Below the pieces are notes generated by a model. It had not been told where the DNA came from and searched no databases. It was given only the letters and a program-made list of their open reading frames with translations. Of a stretch of DNA of 64,000 nucleotides, positions 45,522-55,077 are shown in pieces. Position 1 is the stretch's first letter, and each line of letters starts with the position of its first letter. The position numbers were made by a program, and so were the translations under genes. Origin of the DNA: a virus (Duplodnaviria; Heunggongvirae; Uroviricota; Caudoviricetes); the IMG/VR virus record IMGVR_UViG_2537561978_000005; one strand, given 5' to 3'.

Positions 45522-45967
45522 AGCCAGATGTCCTGGCTGTCAGCTTCTTCGAAACCGTGACAGACGTTAAAGTCACTCAAGCGATACTGACGCTGACGGC
45601 CTCTATTTCGCTCATGCCAATGCATGTATCCACCAGCAAATGCCAGCGGACAATCACTATAGCCTATGTAACCAATACCATTCCCCAAACGTGCTTCGCG
45701 CGCACCGGCTTTCCAGGACAGTAGAAAAGAGTCACGATCCGCCAGCATAACAACAAAATCGTCCGGATCTCCGATACAGTGAAGAATACCTGCCTTACAT
45801 AACTGCTTGAGCGCTTTGGGCTGGCTCAGGATGTCTTCTCCGTAATACTGAAAACAATCATCAACAACAGCGGGATAGCCTGCCGGGGGATTCAGGCTGG
45901 TTGGTATAGCTGACGCGATCGCCAGCATTAAGCGATATTGTGTTTTTGATGGGTTAACGTGACTCAT
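45509..45967 (-). CDS. hypothetical protein
   Basis: 152-aa ORF. Confidence 0.45.
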   Translation of the reverse strand: MSHVNPSKTQYRLMLAIASAIPTSLNPPAGYPAVVDDCFQYYGEDILSQPKALKQLCKAGILHCIGDPDDFVVMLADRDSFLLSWKAGAREARLGNGIGYIGYSDCPLAFAGGYMHWHERNRGRQRQYRLSDFNVCHGFEEADSQDIWLQEP

Positions 45968-45983
45968 TTTGTCCCTTGTTTAC

Positions 45984-46418
45984 TCATTGTCGCCATGCAT
46001 TTTTTAACTCAGGAATATCTGCCATTTCAATTAACTTGCGAAGTCCAGCACTGACTTTCCCATTGCCAACCATAGCAAGCCAATCTCTTACAGCTTTCGG
46101 CATGTAGAGCGTTGCAGTTACCGGCTCTTCAACCCTGGCAGGACATCCGCATACAGGCCATTTAATTGACTCCATAACTTCGGATGCCGGGGTGAGGGCG
46201 GGGACATTGAGTATATCTCTACCAGAAAACTGGATAACGATCCGTTCAGCGAGCGAGAGTATCTCACTTTCGGCAAGAATTGATGCCAACTGCGCCTCAA
46301 CAAGAAAGCGACTTGTTGTGTTCAGAGAGTGGCTCTTAGCGCCATTTTTATACGAAACAAAGATTCGATACGCCATAACTCTAATGATTTGTGTTAGAAT
46401 ACTAAAATTAAACCACAT
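45984..46418 (-). CDS. hypothetical protein
   Basis: 144-aa ORF; operator-like motif upstream. Confidence 0.45.
   Translation of the reverse strand: MWFNFSILTQIIRVMAYRIFVSYKNGAKSHSLNTTSRFLVEAQLASILAESEILSLAERIVIQFSGRDILNVPALTPASEVMESIKWPVCGCPARVEEPVTATLYMPKAVRDWLAMVGNGKVSAGLRKLIEMADIPELKNAWRQ
46388..46408. promoter_or_regulatory. operator-like motif TTTGTGTTAGAATACTAAAAT
   Basis: divergent region between 45984..46418 and capsid-like gene. Confidence 0.3.
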
Positions 46419-46534
46419 AACAACATGTGTGTTAATAGATTTTATTTTACTAAACCTATTGACTAAATCACAAAGTAGGTATTGTTAGTCCGTCAAAAGA
46501 ACCTTCACGCCGCGCCCGAATTTAGGGCTTAACC

Positions 46535-48232
46535 GTGAATAAAAACATTCAGCCAGCTCGTGATCGCGAGCGCGAGATTATGAATCGGGCGGCAAGCGTC
46601 ATGGCTATGACCGTCGATCCGACCACCGATGCAGCAGGCAACATGATTGCTGACCAGGCAGTAATGATGGAAAACCTGGATAAAGCAATCCAGAAAGTGC
46701 CTATGTTTGAAGGCGTAAATCCAGAGGTCGCTCGTCAGATCACTGGTGGGTGGGCTATGTCTCTGCATGAGTATAAACGTCAACATGGTCATTACCCGGC
46801 AAGTGACATCCTGGCGAACGCACACATGGCTCTTGAACGCCTAATGACTGAATGTGCCAGTGATACCCACGAAGGCACGGGTAAGGCAATGTTTGAGTCT
46901 GTCGCGCAATCAATGCGTAGCTCTGACGGCGTAATGAAAGTTGCTCAATATGCTGCTCTAATTCTGCCTGCCTCTCTGGGCGCTGCTACCAGTGATGCCT
47001 GTACTTTTGTTCCTTGTGATCGTGACGAGTCAAATATTTATGAACTGGTCAACGTAGCAGGCACAAAATTCGGCACCTTCAAACAAGGTGACGAACTGAA
47101 TATGCAGTCAGCTGGTGTTTATTCTCAAATGAAGCGCCTGTATACCCTTTCCACTAAAGGGGATGGCAGCACCAAAACCTTCCAGTTCGACATCCAAAAT
47201 TTTGAGGGACAATCCTGCCCGCTTCGCGCTGGTTATAGCAAACTGCTGATCAACCGCAAACCGTCCAAAGTTGACGACGGCGATGGCAACCTTTATTTCA
47301 ATGCTAAAGACAGCAAAGGTAAAGCTTTCTCAGCGACTGCCAAAGTCGCCTATGACACTGGTGTCATTGACATTACATTTACCCAGGCTCCGCCAGAAGG
47401 TACTGAAATTGCTGTTCAGGTCGAAATTAACATCGAGCGCAATCCAAGCCTGATTCCTGTGATCAACCAGGCTATGCGTAAGTACGAAGTTCGTCCGTCC
47501 CAGTACGTAATTGCTTCCGAACACACGGTAATGTCCGCATCCGATTTAAGCCGTGAGCACGGCCTTGAATTAGCGGCACTTCAGTTCTCCGCGATGCGTA
47601 ACTGGATCTCCCATGAAACCGACATCATGCGTCTGCGCACCCTGGTATTCCATACCGTTTATGGTCGTGAATTTGATGTGGCTCTGCCGGAAGCTCAAAA
47701 CTATGAGTCCTGGGTCGGCCTCCTGCGTCACGTAGTAAACGCTCTGTCTCAAGAAATGGCAAATCGTACCCTGACAACGGGTATTCGTGGCGGCTTTGCT
47801 GGTGGTGACGCCGCGAACTTCCTGCGCTCTCTGCCTCCACAGCACTTCCAGATCGCACCAGGTTACGTTCAGTCGCCGTATGTACAGTACATCGGCACCC
47901 TGTTTGGCACGATTCGTATTTACGAAGTGCCGCAACCTGTCTGTGAGCAATTCCAGGCACAGGGATATGACTTCGGGCTGGATGACATCTTCTTCTATGG
48001 GCGTGGCGAAGGCATCGGTAAAGCCGGTCTGATTGCTGGTGATGCAGTCCCAGCAATCCCTTACGTGCACGAAACCAATCCGTCTCTCGTTAACCGTACC
48101 ACTCTCTGGGGCAGTGCCATCAACGAAGTACATCCTCGCAACGGTGAAAACTACTTCACCCGCCTGCGTCTGACTCGCGCCAAAGAAGGTGCTATCGACA
48201 TGCTGACAGGCAAGGTTAACGAAAAAAAGTGA
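46535..48232 (+). CDS. putative major head protein (gp23-like); assignment by size and position
   Basis: 565-aa ORF heading late-gene cluster, followed by Ig-like protein and tail sheath. Confidence 0.4.
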   Translation: MNKNIQPARDREREIMNRAASVMAMTVDPTTDAAGNMIADQAVMMENLDKAIQKVPMFEGVNPEVARQITGGWAMSLHEYKRQHGHYPASDILANAHMALERLMTECASDTHEGTGKAMFESVAQSMRSSDGVMKVAQYAALILPASLGAATSDACTFVPCDRDESNIYELVNVAGTKFGTFKQGDELNMQSAGVYSQMKRLYTLSTKGDGSTKTFQFDIQNFEGQSCPLRAGYSKLLINRKPSKVDDGDGNLYFNAKDSKGKAFSATAKVAYDTGVIDITFTQAPPEGTEIAVQVEINIERNPSLIPVINQAMRKYEVRPSQYVIASEHTVMSASDLSREHGLELAALQFSAMRNWISHETDIMRLRTLVFHTVYGREFDVALPEAQNYESWVGLLRHVVNALSQEMANRTLTTGIRGGFAGGDAANFLRSLPPQHFQIAPGYVQSPYVQYIGTLFGTIRIYEVPQPVCEQFQAQGYDFGLDDIFFYGRGEGIGKAGLIAGDAVPAIPYVHETNPSLVNRTTLWGSAINEVHPRNGENYFTRLRLTRAKEGAIDMLTGKVNEKK

Positions 48233-48378
48233 TGGTGGCGAACGTGTCGGTATCACCAACGTCACTTGACGTAGATGAAGGTGAAACTATCGCCGCGAAC
48301 ACTTCAAAGGCACAGAAAAAACAAAGCAGAAGTAAGGCAAAAACACGCCCCTGATTAAGGGGCGTTCAGGAGAAAAGA

Positions 48379-48657
48379 ATGGCAAACATTCAAGTAACTA
48401 TCACGCCATCTGACGCAACAGACAAATCTTTCACTGTTGAGTCAGATCACCCTGAAATTGTCCGGGTTGATGGCACTACATGTACCGCTCTTAAGGCCGG
48501 GCAGGCAGTGCTGACAATCAAAACAAATGACGGCAATAAAACCGCACAGTGCACAGTCACTGTTAGGGAGGCACATAAAAGCGTAAGCACCGTCAGTGTT
48601 GAACCAACTACGAAAGAAGTAACCGTAGGCGATAACTTCACGGTAAGCCAATCCTGA
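48379..48657 (+). CDS. Ig-like (Big_2-like) domain protein
   Basis: 92 aa; beta-rich TVESDHPEIVRVDGTTCTALKAGQAVLTIKT ... CTVTV. Confidence 0.5.
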   Translation: MANIQVTITPSDATDKSFTVESDHPEIVRVDGTTCTALKAGQAVLTIKTNDGNKTAQCTVTVREAHKSVSTVSVEPTTKEVTVGDNFTVSQS

Positions 48658-48724
48658 TCAGAGGCTGCCCATTAACCGTGGGTAGCCTTGCCTCGTTCTC
48701 TCGCTTTAGAGGATAAGAACCAGC

Positions 48725-50383
48725 ATGAATAAGATTAGTTTTTCGGTAGGGCAGGCAGCTGGCGTTGCTGTAATGTCAGTAAATGCTGACGCTACCCTCA
48801 CCAATACCAGCGGTGGCGCATCCGTCTTTGCTGGGCTTGTAATATCGCGTCGTGGCGCACCGGGTAAGGTACTGAAAGTTGACGATACGACTTATCAAAG
48901 CGTATTAGGTTCACCGATTCACCCTCGCCAGGGCGCGGCATTTGAACCATATCGCCACGTGGAGCGTGCAGTAAAAGGCGGCTCTGGATATGTCGTTCGA
49001 GTTTGCGCTAAAGACATGAAGGTGCCGGGTATTTCTGTTTCCGTTGTGGGCAAAGCAAAAGCGGCAAAGGCGAGCAAAGAACTTTCCGTTGAACCTACTG
49101 AAACCACAGTAAATCCAGGTGACACATTAAGCGTTGGTGTTGCTTCAACTGCAACGACTCAATCAGTGACCTTCACACCCAAAGAGACGCCCCAGATTAA
49201 AGGTGAAGAGAAGGCATTATTCTTCATCAAAGATGGTGATGCATCTCAAAATCGCACGTTATCACTAACTCGCGATGATGAAGAAAGCGAACTCTTTACG
49301 CTGACGCTGAAAGAAAAACAAACCGATGGGTCCATTGAGGTGCTGGAAAGCCACCAAGTGTCTTTCAATCCAGAAGGCACCAACGACATGGGCCAACCAG
49401 CATGGATTCCGACACTGCTTGAAAGCCAGTCCACTCGCATTGGTGCCGTACTGGCAGATAATGCAGAAGCATCCGCTGCTCAACTCATTTTTGAGGATGT
49501 AGCTTTTGAAGGTGGTACTGATGGAAATCTGTCCGAAATTAACGCTGCAGACTATCTGGAAGCATTAAAGGTTCTCGAAGCTTCAGAGGTTAATTACACC
49601 GCATTGCTGTCACTGGGTTGTTATGACGCATCCGCCTTAGCCGCAATCAAAAAGCTGGCTGAAGATGTTCGCGTAGACATGTTCTATGACCTGAAGGGCA
49701 ACCAGACACCTGAAAACGCTATTTCAGAAGCGAAAAGCCATAGTTTTGGCGGCTCACATCAACCAAGCCGTTACTACTTCCCGCTCTCCTGCCGAGATAC
49801 CTTCACTGGGATGAATGTCGTCTATGGCATTAGTTGCGACGCATTCGTAGCAAAAGCAAAAGGGGTAGCGCTGGTACCGGATGTTGGTGGTTGGCATTAC
49901 GCACCGGCAGGTATATCACGCGCGATTATTGATCGACAGAACATTGCCCGAATTCCAAATATCGGTGCAGTTGATCGTGAAGCGTTCGTTCTTGCGCGCA
50001 TTAATCCGGTTTCAGTTGCTGCTGATGGGTCCGTTTACATTGACGACTCTTTAACAACTTACAGCAAAAACAACTATCTGCGATTCCAGCATGTGTCTTC
50101 CTTGATGAACGCCATCGCCAGAGATTTCTATGAAGTAGCTCAGGCGATTAAGCACGAACCGGATGGCATTACCAAAGAAACGCTAATGAAAGCAATGACT
50201 GAATTGCTTGACCGTTACGTTGCAGCCGGTGCGCTGGTTACTCCACGTGACAAGTCCCAGGGTGAAGATCCATACGTTGTTCAGGTTGTCCAAAAGGACA
50301 TCGATCTGTGGGAAGTGTCCTGGTCTGTTTGTCCGACCGGTACAGCTCGCCGAATCGTCGGTAAGCCAATTCTGATGCGCTGA
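48725..50383 (+). CDS. contractile tail sheath protein
   Basis: 552 aa; C-terminal region (GISRAIIDRQNIARIP ... ARINPV ... YVVQV ... WSVCPTGTARRIV) typical of sheath C-terminal domain. Confidence 0.7.
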   Translation: MNKISFSVGQAAGVAVMSVNADATLTNTSGGASVFAGLVISRRGAPGKVLKVDDTTYQSVLGSPIHPRQGAAFEPYRHVERAVKGGSGYVVRVCAKDMKVPGISVSVVGKAKAAKASKELSVEPTETTVNPGDTLSVGVASTATTQSVTFTPKETPQIKGEEKALFFIKDGDASQNRTLSLTRDDEESELFTLTLKEKQTDGSIEVLESHQVSFNPEGTNDMGQPAWIPTLLESQSTRIGAVLADNAEASAAQLIFEDVAFEGGTDGNLSEINAADYLEALKVLEASEVNYTALLSLGCYDASALAAIKKLAEDVRVDMFYDLKGNQTPENAISEAKSHSFGGSHQPSRYYFPLSCRDTFTGMNVVYGISCDAFVAKAKGVALVPDVGGWHYAPAGISRAIIDRQNIARIPNIGAVDREAFVLARINPVSVAADGSVYIDDSLTTYSKNNYLRFQHVSSLMNAIARDFYEVAQAIKHEPDGITKETLMKAMTELLDRYVAAGALVTPRDKSQGEDPYVVQVVQKDIDLWEVSWSVCPTGTARRIVGKPILMR

Positions 50384-50426
50384 TTTATAACCCCCGCTAA
50401 ATGATGCGGGGGAGAGAGGTTTGAAT

Positions 50427-51161
50427 ATGAAAAATTATACTGCTGATCCTTTTATGCGTGCGATTTTCGGTTCTGGCTGCTTTGAAAGCGGTGATAAATC
50501 CACGCAGGACAATAATGATAACGCCATGCTGGAAAGCGCAGGACAGAAAGGAAAGGACACTCAACCAAAGCCCAAAGACGACATTGAAACCGCGATGATG
50601 GAAGCGGTTGAATCCCGTGCACAAGGTGATATGCGCAGCCTGGCAGCTTCCATGCTTGCTGGTTGGGTTGAAGATGGTGATCCGGAGGCTGACTCATTTG
50701 ATGCATTAGCAATCACTATGGCTGGCCTGGCTGATATCGATGAAGACACCGATTTCACCGATGAGCAAATCGATGCTTATAACGATGCACTCGCAGCTCT
50801 TGCTGATGCAGCTGTTGCGCTTGGCGCTGATCAGGATGATGTAACCGAAATGATCGACGATGAAGATGACTCAGCTGCCGAACGTGTTTATGACGCTCTT
50901 TCCGAAAGCGACACCGACATGATGGAAACAGCTATTGCCATTTACACCGTTGCTGGTGGTGATAGCGCAATGCTGGAAGCGGTACGTAAAAAAGTGGTTC
51001 GTGATGGCAAGGTAACCATCATCCGTAAACGCCCGCGTCCTCGCCGCATGACGTCATTGCAAAAACAGGCGCTGAAAAAAGCACGCCGCAAAGCACATAC
51101 ATCCGTAGCGAATATCAACCGCAAAAAATCAATGCGCATTCGCAAAAAACGCGGTTTGTAA
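50427..51161 (+). CDS. hypothetical protein with acidic core and strongly basic C-terminal tail
   Basis: ORF 50421..51161; ATG at 50427. Confidence 0.5.
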   Translation: MKNYTADPFMRAIFGSGCFESGDKSTQDNNDNAMLESAGQKGKDTQPKPKDDIETAMMEAVESRAQGDMRSLAASMLAGWVEDGDPEADSFDALAITMAGLADIDEDTDFTDEQIDAYNDALAALADAAVALGADQDDVTEMIDDEDDSAAERVYDALSESDTDMMETAIAIYTVAGGDSAMLEAVRKKVVRDGKVTIIRKRPRPRRMTSLQKQALKKARRKAHTSVANINRKKSMRIRKKRGL

Positions 51162-51210
51162 GTGACATAGGCCGTCTGCAAAGGTGGCCTCTACCTGGGA
51201 GAAATAGCGT

Positions 51211-51801
51211 TTGATTTGCGGCGCGATAATGCCTGACGGAATAAGTCCGTTAATGAAGGTTTATATCCTCTCTTCAGAGGATATGGTCGTCGGTTATATC
51301 GGTGAAGGATCTACCGCAGAACTGTCATCAATGTGGCAATCACCATTTGAAAACCAGTCAGTAGGAGGTTTGCTTGGTGGTATTAGCGCTGCGGCTGGCT
51401 CTCTTGCAGATACGCTTCAGACCGCAACCGGCGTAACAACAAAAACCCTCTTCAACTCAATGCTTGTTTGGGAAGGTCAGCAACCGCCTGAATTTAATCT
51501 GGTAATTGATTTCATGGCGACAACGAACGCGCAACTTGAAGTAAACGCAGCCATTACAGCATTGCTGAAGATGGAATCGCCGGAACTGAACAATGTAGCG
51601 CCATTCGGTCGTCGCCCGGAGACAGTAACGTTAAACATAGGTAGGAACATAGCCCTTACCGACGTTGTTATCAAAAGCGTGAGTTACCAACTGGACGCCC
51701 CACGCACACCGGAAGGCTATTTCACTCATAACACGGTAACCCTGCAATGCAGCGGAAACACCTCGATTAACCGTAGCAACATATCATCTGTTTTTGTGTA
51801 G
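51211..51801 (+). CDS. hypothetical tail-associated protein
   Basis: 196-aa ORF between sheath and tube genes. Confidence 0.4.
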   Translation: MICGAIMPDGISPLMKVYILSSEDMVVGYIGEGSTAELSSMWQSPFENQSVGGLLGGISAAAGSLADTLQTATGVTTKTLFNSMLVWEGQQPPEFNLVIDFMATTNAQLEVNAAITALLKMESPELNNVAPFGRRPETVTLNIGRNIALTDVVIKSVSYQLDAPRTPEGYFTHNTVTLQCSGNTSINRSNISSVFV

Positions 51802-51809
51802 GAGTATTT

Positions 51810-52301
51810 ATGTCCGGTTTTGCAAATACAAAAGCCGATATCGCTTTTCTGAAATCCCGGTTGAACAAAAACCTGGCAGCGGGCGAAAAACTTATTGGTT
51901 CAGAATTCTGGATGACTATTAAAGGTTACGAAAAACTATCTGTACTTGTTCGTACCACTCAGTTGCCGGAAATGACTCGCGAAGACGTGGAAGACTATGG
52001 TCCTGGCGGCATGAAGATCAACCAGCACGGGCCATTGCGTAACTCAGGTGAATTCCAGGTTACCTGCTCTGAAACCATCGAAGGGGATGTTCTGGCCGCC
52101 GTAAAACAAATGGTATATGGCAAAGAATATCTGGAAATTACCTTACAGGCAGCGGCTGAATCCAATAGCGGTAACCATAAAGGTCTGATCCGCACATATT
52201 ATCACTGCAAAGTGTATTCCGACGCAGTGGACTTCTCCACCGAAGACGTAACAGCAGTCGTTAAGCCTTCCCTGCGTATTGTTTACAACTGGGTAGAGTG
52301 A
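51810..52301 (+). CDS. tail tube protein
   Basis: 163 aa; size, position after sheath, beta-rich composition. Confidence 0.5.
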   Translation: MSGFANTKADIAFLKSRLNKNLAAGEKLIGSEFWMTIKGYEKLSVLVRTTQLPEMTREDVEDYGPGGMKINQHGPLRNSGEFQVTCSETIEGDVLAAVKQMVYGKEYLEITLQAAAESNSGNHKGLIRTYYHCKVYSDAVDFSTEDVTAVVKPSLRIVYNWVE

Positions 52302-52353
52302 TCTCTTTCCCGCCCTTGTGGCGGGAACTCCTTGTATTTGAGTTGTAGGTACG

Positions 52354-52905
52354 ATGACACCAACCGAATTATTAGAAAGCGTTAAAGTACGATTTAATCC
52401 ACTGCTTGTGCGTGAAGAAGAAACGCTGAAAGCCTTCCTGATCAAAGCTCTGACCACGTATCAGGACAGGGCAGGGGTAGTGAAAACGTTAAAACTTGAA
52501 AAAGCTGGTGGTACTGCAATCCCATTACCAGAAGATTATCTCTCTCTGGTTCATGTTACCGACAACAATGGCCTGTTGGTCTATTCGGATGAATTATCCG
52601 GATTTATTGAATTAGAGCTAACAGGTTCAGAACGCTGGCCTTTTCGAATGCTGTATCTGGTTAATCTACGCGACAGAAAGCTGGATGAATGGCAAGTGCC
52701 TCCTGCAATCATTGGAATGCTGGAGGAATATCTGGAGGCGCTTATCAATGTAAGAAATGTCGCCCGGCAGCGTAGAGCGTCCATCGACGGGAAATTTGAC
52801 TACTCCGATCTGCCCGATGAAGCCACGCTATATGCCCGCGTGCAGGAGATTGAGGAAAAAATGTCCTCAAACCGGGCCATTATTCCGGGGGCTACCATTT
52901 TTTAA
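52354..52905 (+). CDS. hypothetical protein
   Basis: 183-aa ORF. Confidence 0.45.
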   Translation: MTPTELLESVKVRFNPLLVREEETLKAFLIKALTTYQDRAGVVKTLKLEKAGGTAIPLPEDYLSLVHVTDNNGLLVYSDELSGFIELELTGSERWPFRMLYLVNLRDRKLDEWQVPPAIIGMLEEYLEALINVRNVARQRRASIDGKFDYSDLPDEATLYARVQEIEEKMSSNRAIIPGATIF

Positions 52906-52920
52906 CGCTGGAGGCGCAGA

Positions 52921-53628
52921 GTGAGTATTTTCAGCAGCGTTGGTAGAACGTTGACCACCGCATTGTCATTTAACACGAAATCATTCACCAGCAACCTCAT
53001 TAGCGACATTCTTGATAAAGCCATATCAGGCGGCGGGGTAAGCGGGAATTACAGTAGCGATATTGCCTACGGGAAAAATATTGTTGCTGCCGCTATGCGT
53101 ATCCGTTACGCCCAGGGGTGGCAGTGGACCGTTGAAGTGGATGGCCTGAACGGCTTCGATATGTTCGTGAAGGATATCACCTACAGCAGTGGAAACATTG
53201 AGACAGAAAGCAAGGTGATCGGCAGCGTAGAATTCAGCAAGCCAACCTATGTTAGCGCTGGACCGGTCACTATGACCGTGAGGGATACCGAAGATGGCAA
53301 GATCATGGACTGGTTCAAAGAGCGTCGTTCTCGTGTAACAAATCCTGATGGAACAATAAACCTTCCTCCGGAATATCTGATGAAAATCCGTGTCTACCGG
53401 GTAACTCAGGACGGCGGAAAAGAACTGGAAGAAGAAATGCGCGTATTTCCTACACAACTTGGGGAAATCACTCGCTCACGTGATCAGGTGTCAGAGTTCT
53501 TGTCATACCCAATCACTTTCCAGAAATACACATCTGCAGGCTCAGGTGTTTCTGCCTTGGTCAACGGTGCCGCTGGCATGGCTACAAGTGCGTTAAAGGG
53601 GGCTATCAGTGGAGTGATCAAATTCTGA
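52921..53628 (+). CDS. hypothetical protein
   Basis: 235-aa ORF. Confidence 0.45.
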   Translation: MSIFSSVGRTLTTALSFNTKSFTSNLISDILDKAISGGGVSGNYSSDIAYGKNIVAAAMRIRYAQGWQWTVEVDGLNGFDMFVKDITYSSGNIETESKVIGSVEFSKPTYVSAGPVTMTVRDTEDGKIMDWFKERRSRVTNPDGTINLPPEYLMKIRVYRVTQDGGKELEEEMRVFPTQLGEITRSRDQVSEFLSYPITFQKYTSAGSGVSALVNGAAGMATSALKGAISGVIKF

Positions 53629-53640
53629 AATGCTTTAATT

Positions 53641-53863
53641 ATGTGTGCTGTAGGGAAAGGTTTACGTTAAATGTGTGCTGCCGGGAAACCCCATTGCTCA
53701 AGATGTGTTGTAGAGGGAATGGTAATGGCAACATGTGTGCTGGAGGGGAATTTCGCATGTAAAGAGCGTCATTTATCCCTCCAGCACACATCTGAAATAA
53801 GCAATCCTCTGAAATTCCCTCCACCACACATCCAGACATGAAACTATCCCTTCAGCACACATT
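53641..53863. repeat. incA-like iteron array: >=7 copies of ~19-bp ATGTGTGCTGGAGGGAAA-type repeat, two orientations
   Basis: ATGTGTGCTGTAGGGAAA, ATGTGTGCTGCCGGGAAA, ATGTGTTGTAGAGGGAA, ATGTGTGCTGGAGGGGAA, then CCCTCCAGCACACATCT, CCCTCCACCACACATCC, CCCTTCAGCACACATTT. Confidence 0.75.
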
Positions 53864-54723
53864 TAATCTGTTGGTTTAAGTTTCGGATTCCGAGAGTGAA
53901 CGATAATGAAGTTTTCACGACCTTGCTTTTCAATGGTGCAATCGAGATAACCTATTGTTTTTAACTGGTCTATAGCTTTTTTTATCGTTCTGTTTTGCTC
54001 ACTTACCGATGACATCAAGGCTAATCTTTCACGTATTCTGGCAAATGAAATAGGTATTGGACGTGCCGGGAGGCTTTCTATAAAGGTATATATGGCCTGG
54101 GCTGCTTCTTTTTTAGGTAAAGCGCGAAGTGCGTGTTGCTGTAGAAGCACCCGATAGTCTAGCTGGAAGATTTCCCATAACTTGGAATCAGCCTCCAGTT
54201 CAACGACATCTGTTTCAAAGTCAAAATATCCCGTTTTAAGCAGGCCAGTATTGTAGCTTCCACGAGCACTTTTCCCTCTTTTGAATGAGATGCCTTTGTT
54301 GCGTAACCGACCTAAAGAATCGTGGATCGTGTTTCTTAATTTCCCATCAAGTCGCTTAGATGGAAATCCGCACGCCTTTGCAAATTCTTGAAAAGAAAGG
54401 CGAATTGTATTCGATGATAAGCCATACTTGCTAAATGAGTAGATTACCCCAATCCAGACTTTGAAATCAGTATCCATGTCCAAGCGAGGGCCAGTGATCT
54501 TGATGTTGTCGTAGCCTTCTGCTTGAGCTATTTCCAATTTGGAAAAAACAGATGATGCATCTATCTCGTTGTTTTCACCCTGTTTTTTAGTTGGTTTAGG
54601 GACGAAAACACCAAGCCGCATAAGTGCGACAGGTTGAACAGTATTGTTCGAATTAACTGTTAATTCTTTAGCCTTGCTTTCAATGTCAGCATAAAGAATA
54701 TCAGAGATAAATGACTTATCCAT
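53863..54723 (-). CDS. repA: plasmid replication initiator RepA (P1 RepA type)
   Basis: colinear with recalled P1 RepA (SFISDILYADIESKAKELTVNSNNTVQPVALMRLGVFVPKP ... DYRVLLQ ... ALRALPKKEAAQAIYTFIES); ATG 54723, alternative TTG 54726. Confidence 0.9.
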   Translation of the reverse strand: MDKSFISDILYADIESKAKELTVNSNNTVQPVALMRLGVFVPKPTKKQGENNEIDASSVFSKLEIAQAEGYDNIKITGPRLDMDTDFKVWIGVIYSFSKYGLSSNTIRLSFQEFAKACGFPSKRLDGKLRNTIHDSLGRLRNKGISFKRGKSARGSYNTGLLKTGYFDFETDVVELEADSKLWEIFQLDYRVLLQQHALRALPKKEAAQAIYTFIESLPARPIPISFARIRERLALMSSVSEQNRTIKKAIDQLKTIGYLDCTIEKQGRENFIIVHSRNPKLKPTD

Positions 54724-54726
54724 CAA

Positions 54727-54995
54727 TAAGTTACCGTCATGTTGTGAATAAAGTTTACGACAGTGGATATCCGGCTTTTTTTCCCGTCAGCACACATCCT
54801 ACATCCCGTCAGCACACATGTAAAACCCTCCAGCACACATATTTTTCCCGTCAGCACACATCGTTCTCCCTCCAGCACACATCTGAATAGTGGTTAAAGC
54901 CTTATGTGGCGCGGCCTGAAGAGCTACGGGATCTATTTGGTACTATATGGATCTAATCAGGATCTATATATTGGATCTATCCTGTGGATAAAAAA
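54727..54995. other. oriR-like origin: five 19-bp iterons, GATC cluster, DnaA box
   Basis: CCCGTCAGCACACAT / CCCTCCAGCACACAT x5 (54786-54890); four GATC in 54930-54980; TGTGGATAA at 54984-54992. Confidence 0.7.
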
Positions 54996-55077
54996 GAAGA
55001 ATTACAAAGCTCCACCCAATTTCACACACTACCTATCCTCCAACGAATAAACAGACATCTGCTTATCGGAGGAATAC

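Noticed and set aside
53641-54900. Repeated ~19-bp units (ATGTGTGCTGGAGGGAAA and complement) that at first glance resemble a CRISPR array
   Set aside because: Repeats are irregularly spaced without unique fixed-length spacers, occur in both orientations and flank a RepA gene with a GATC cluster and DnaA box; these are replicon iterons.
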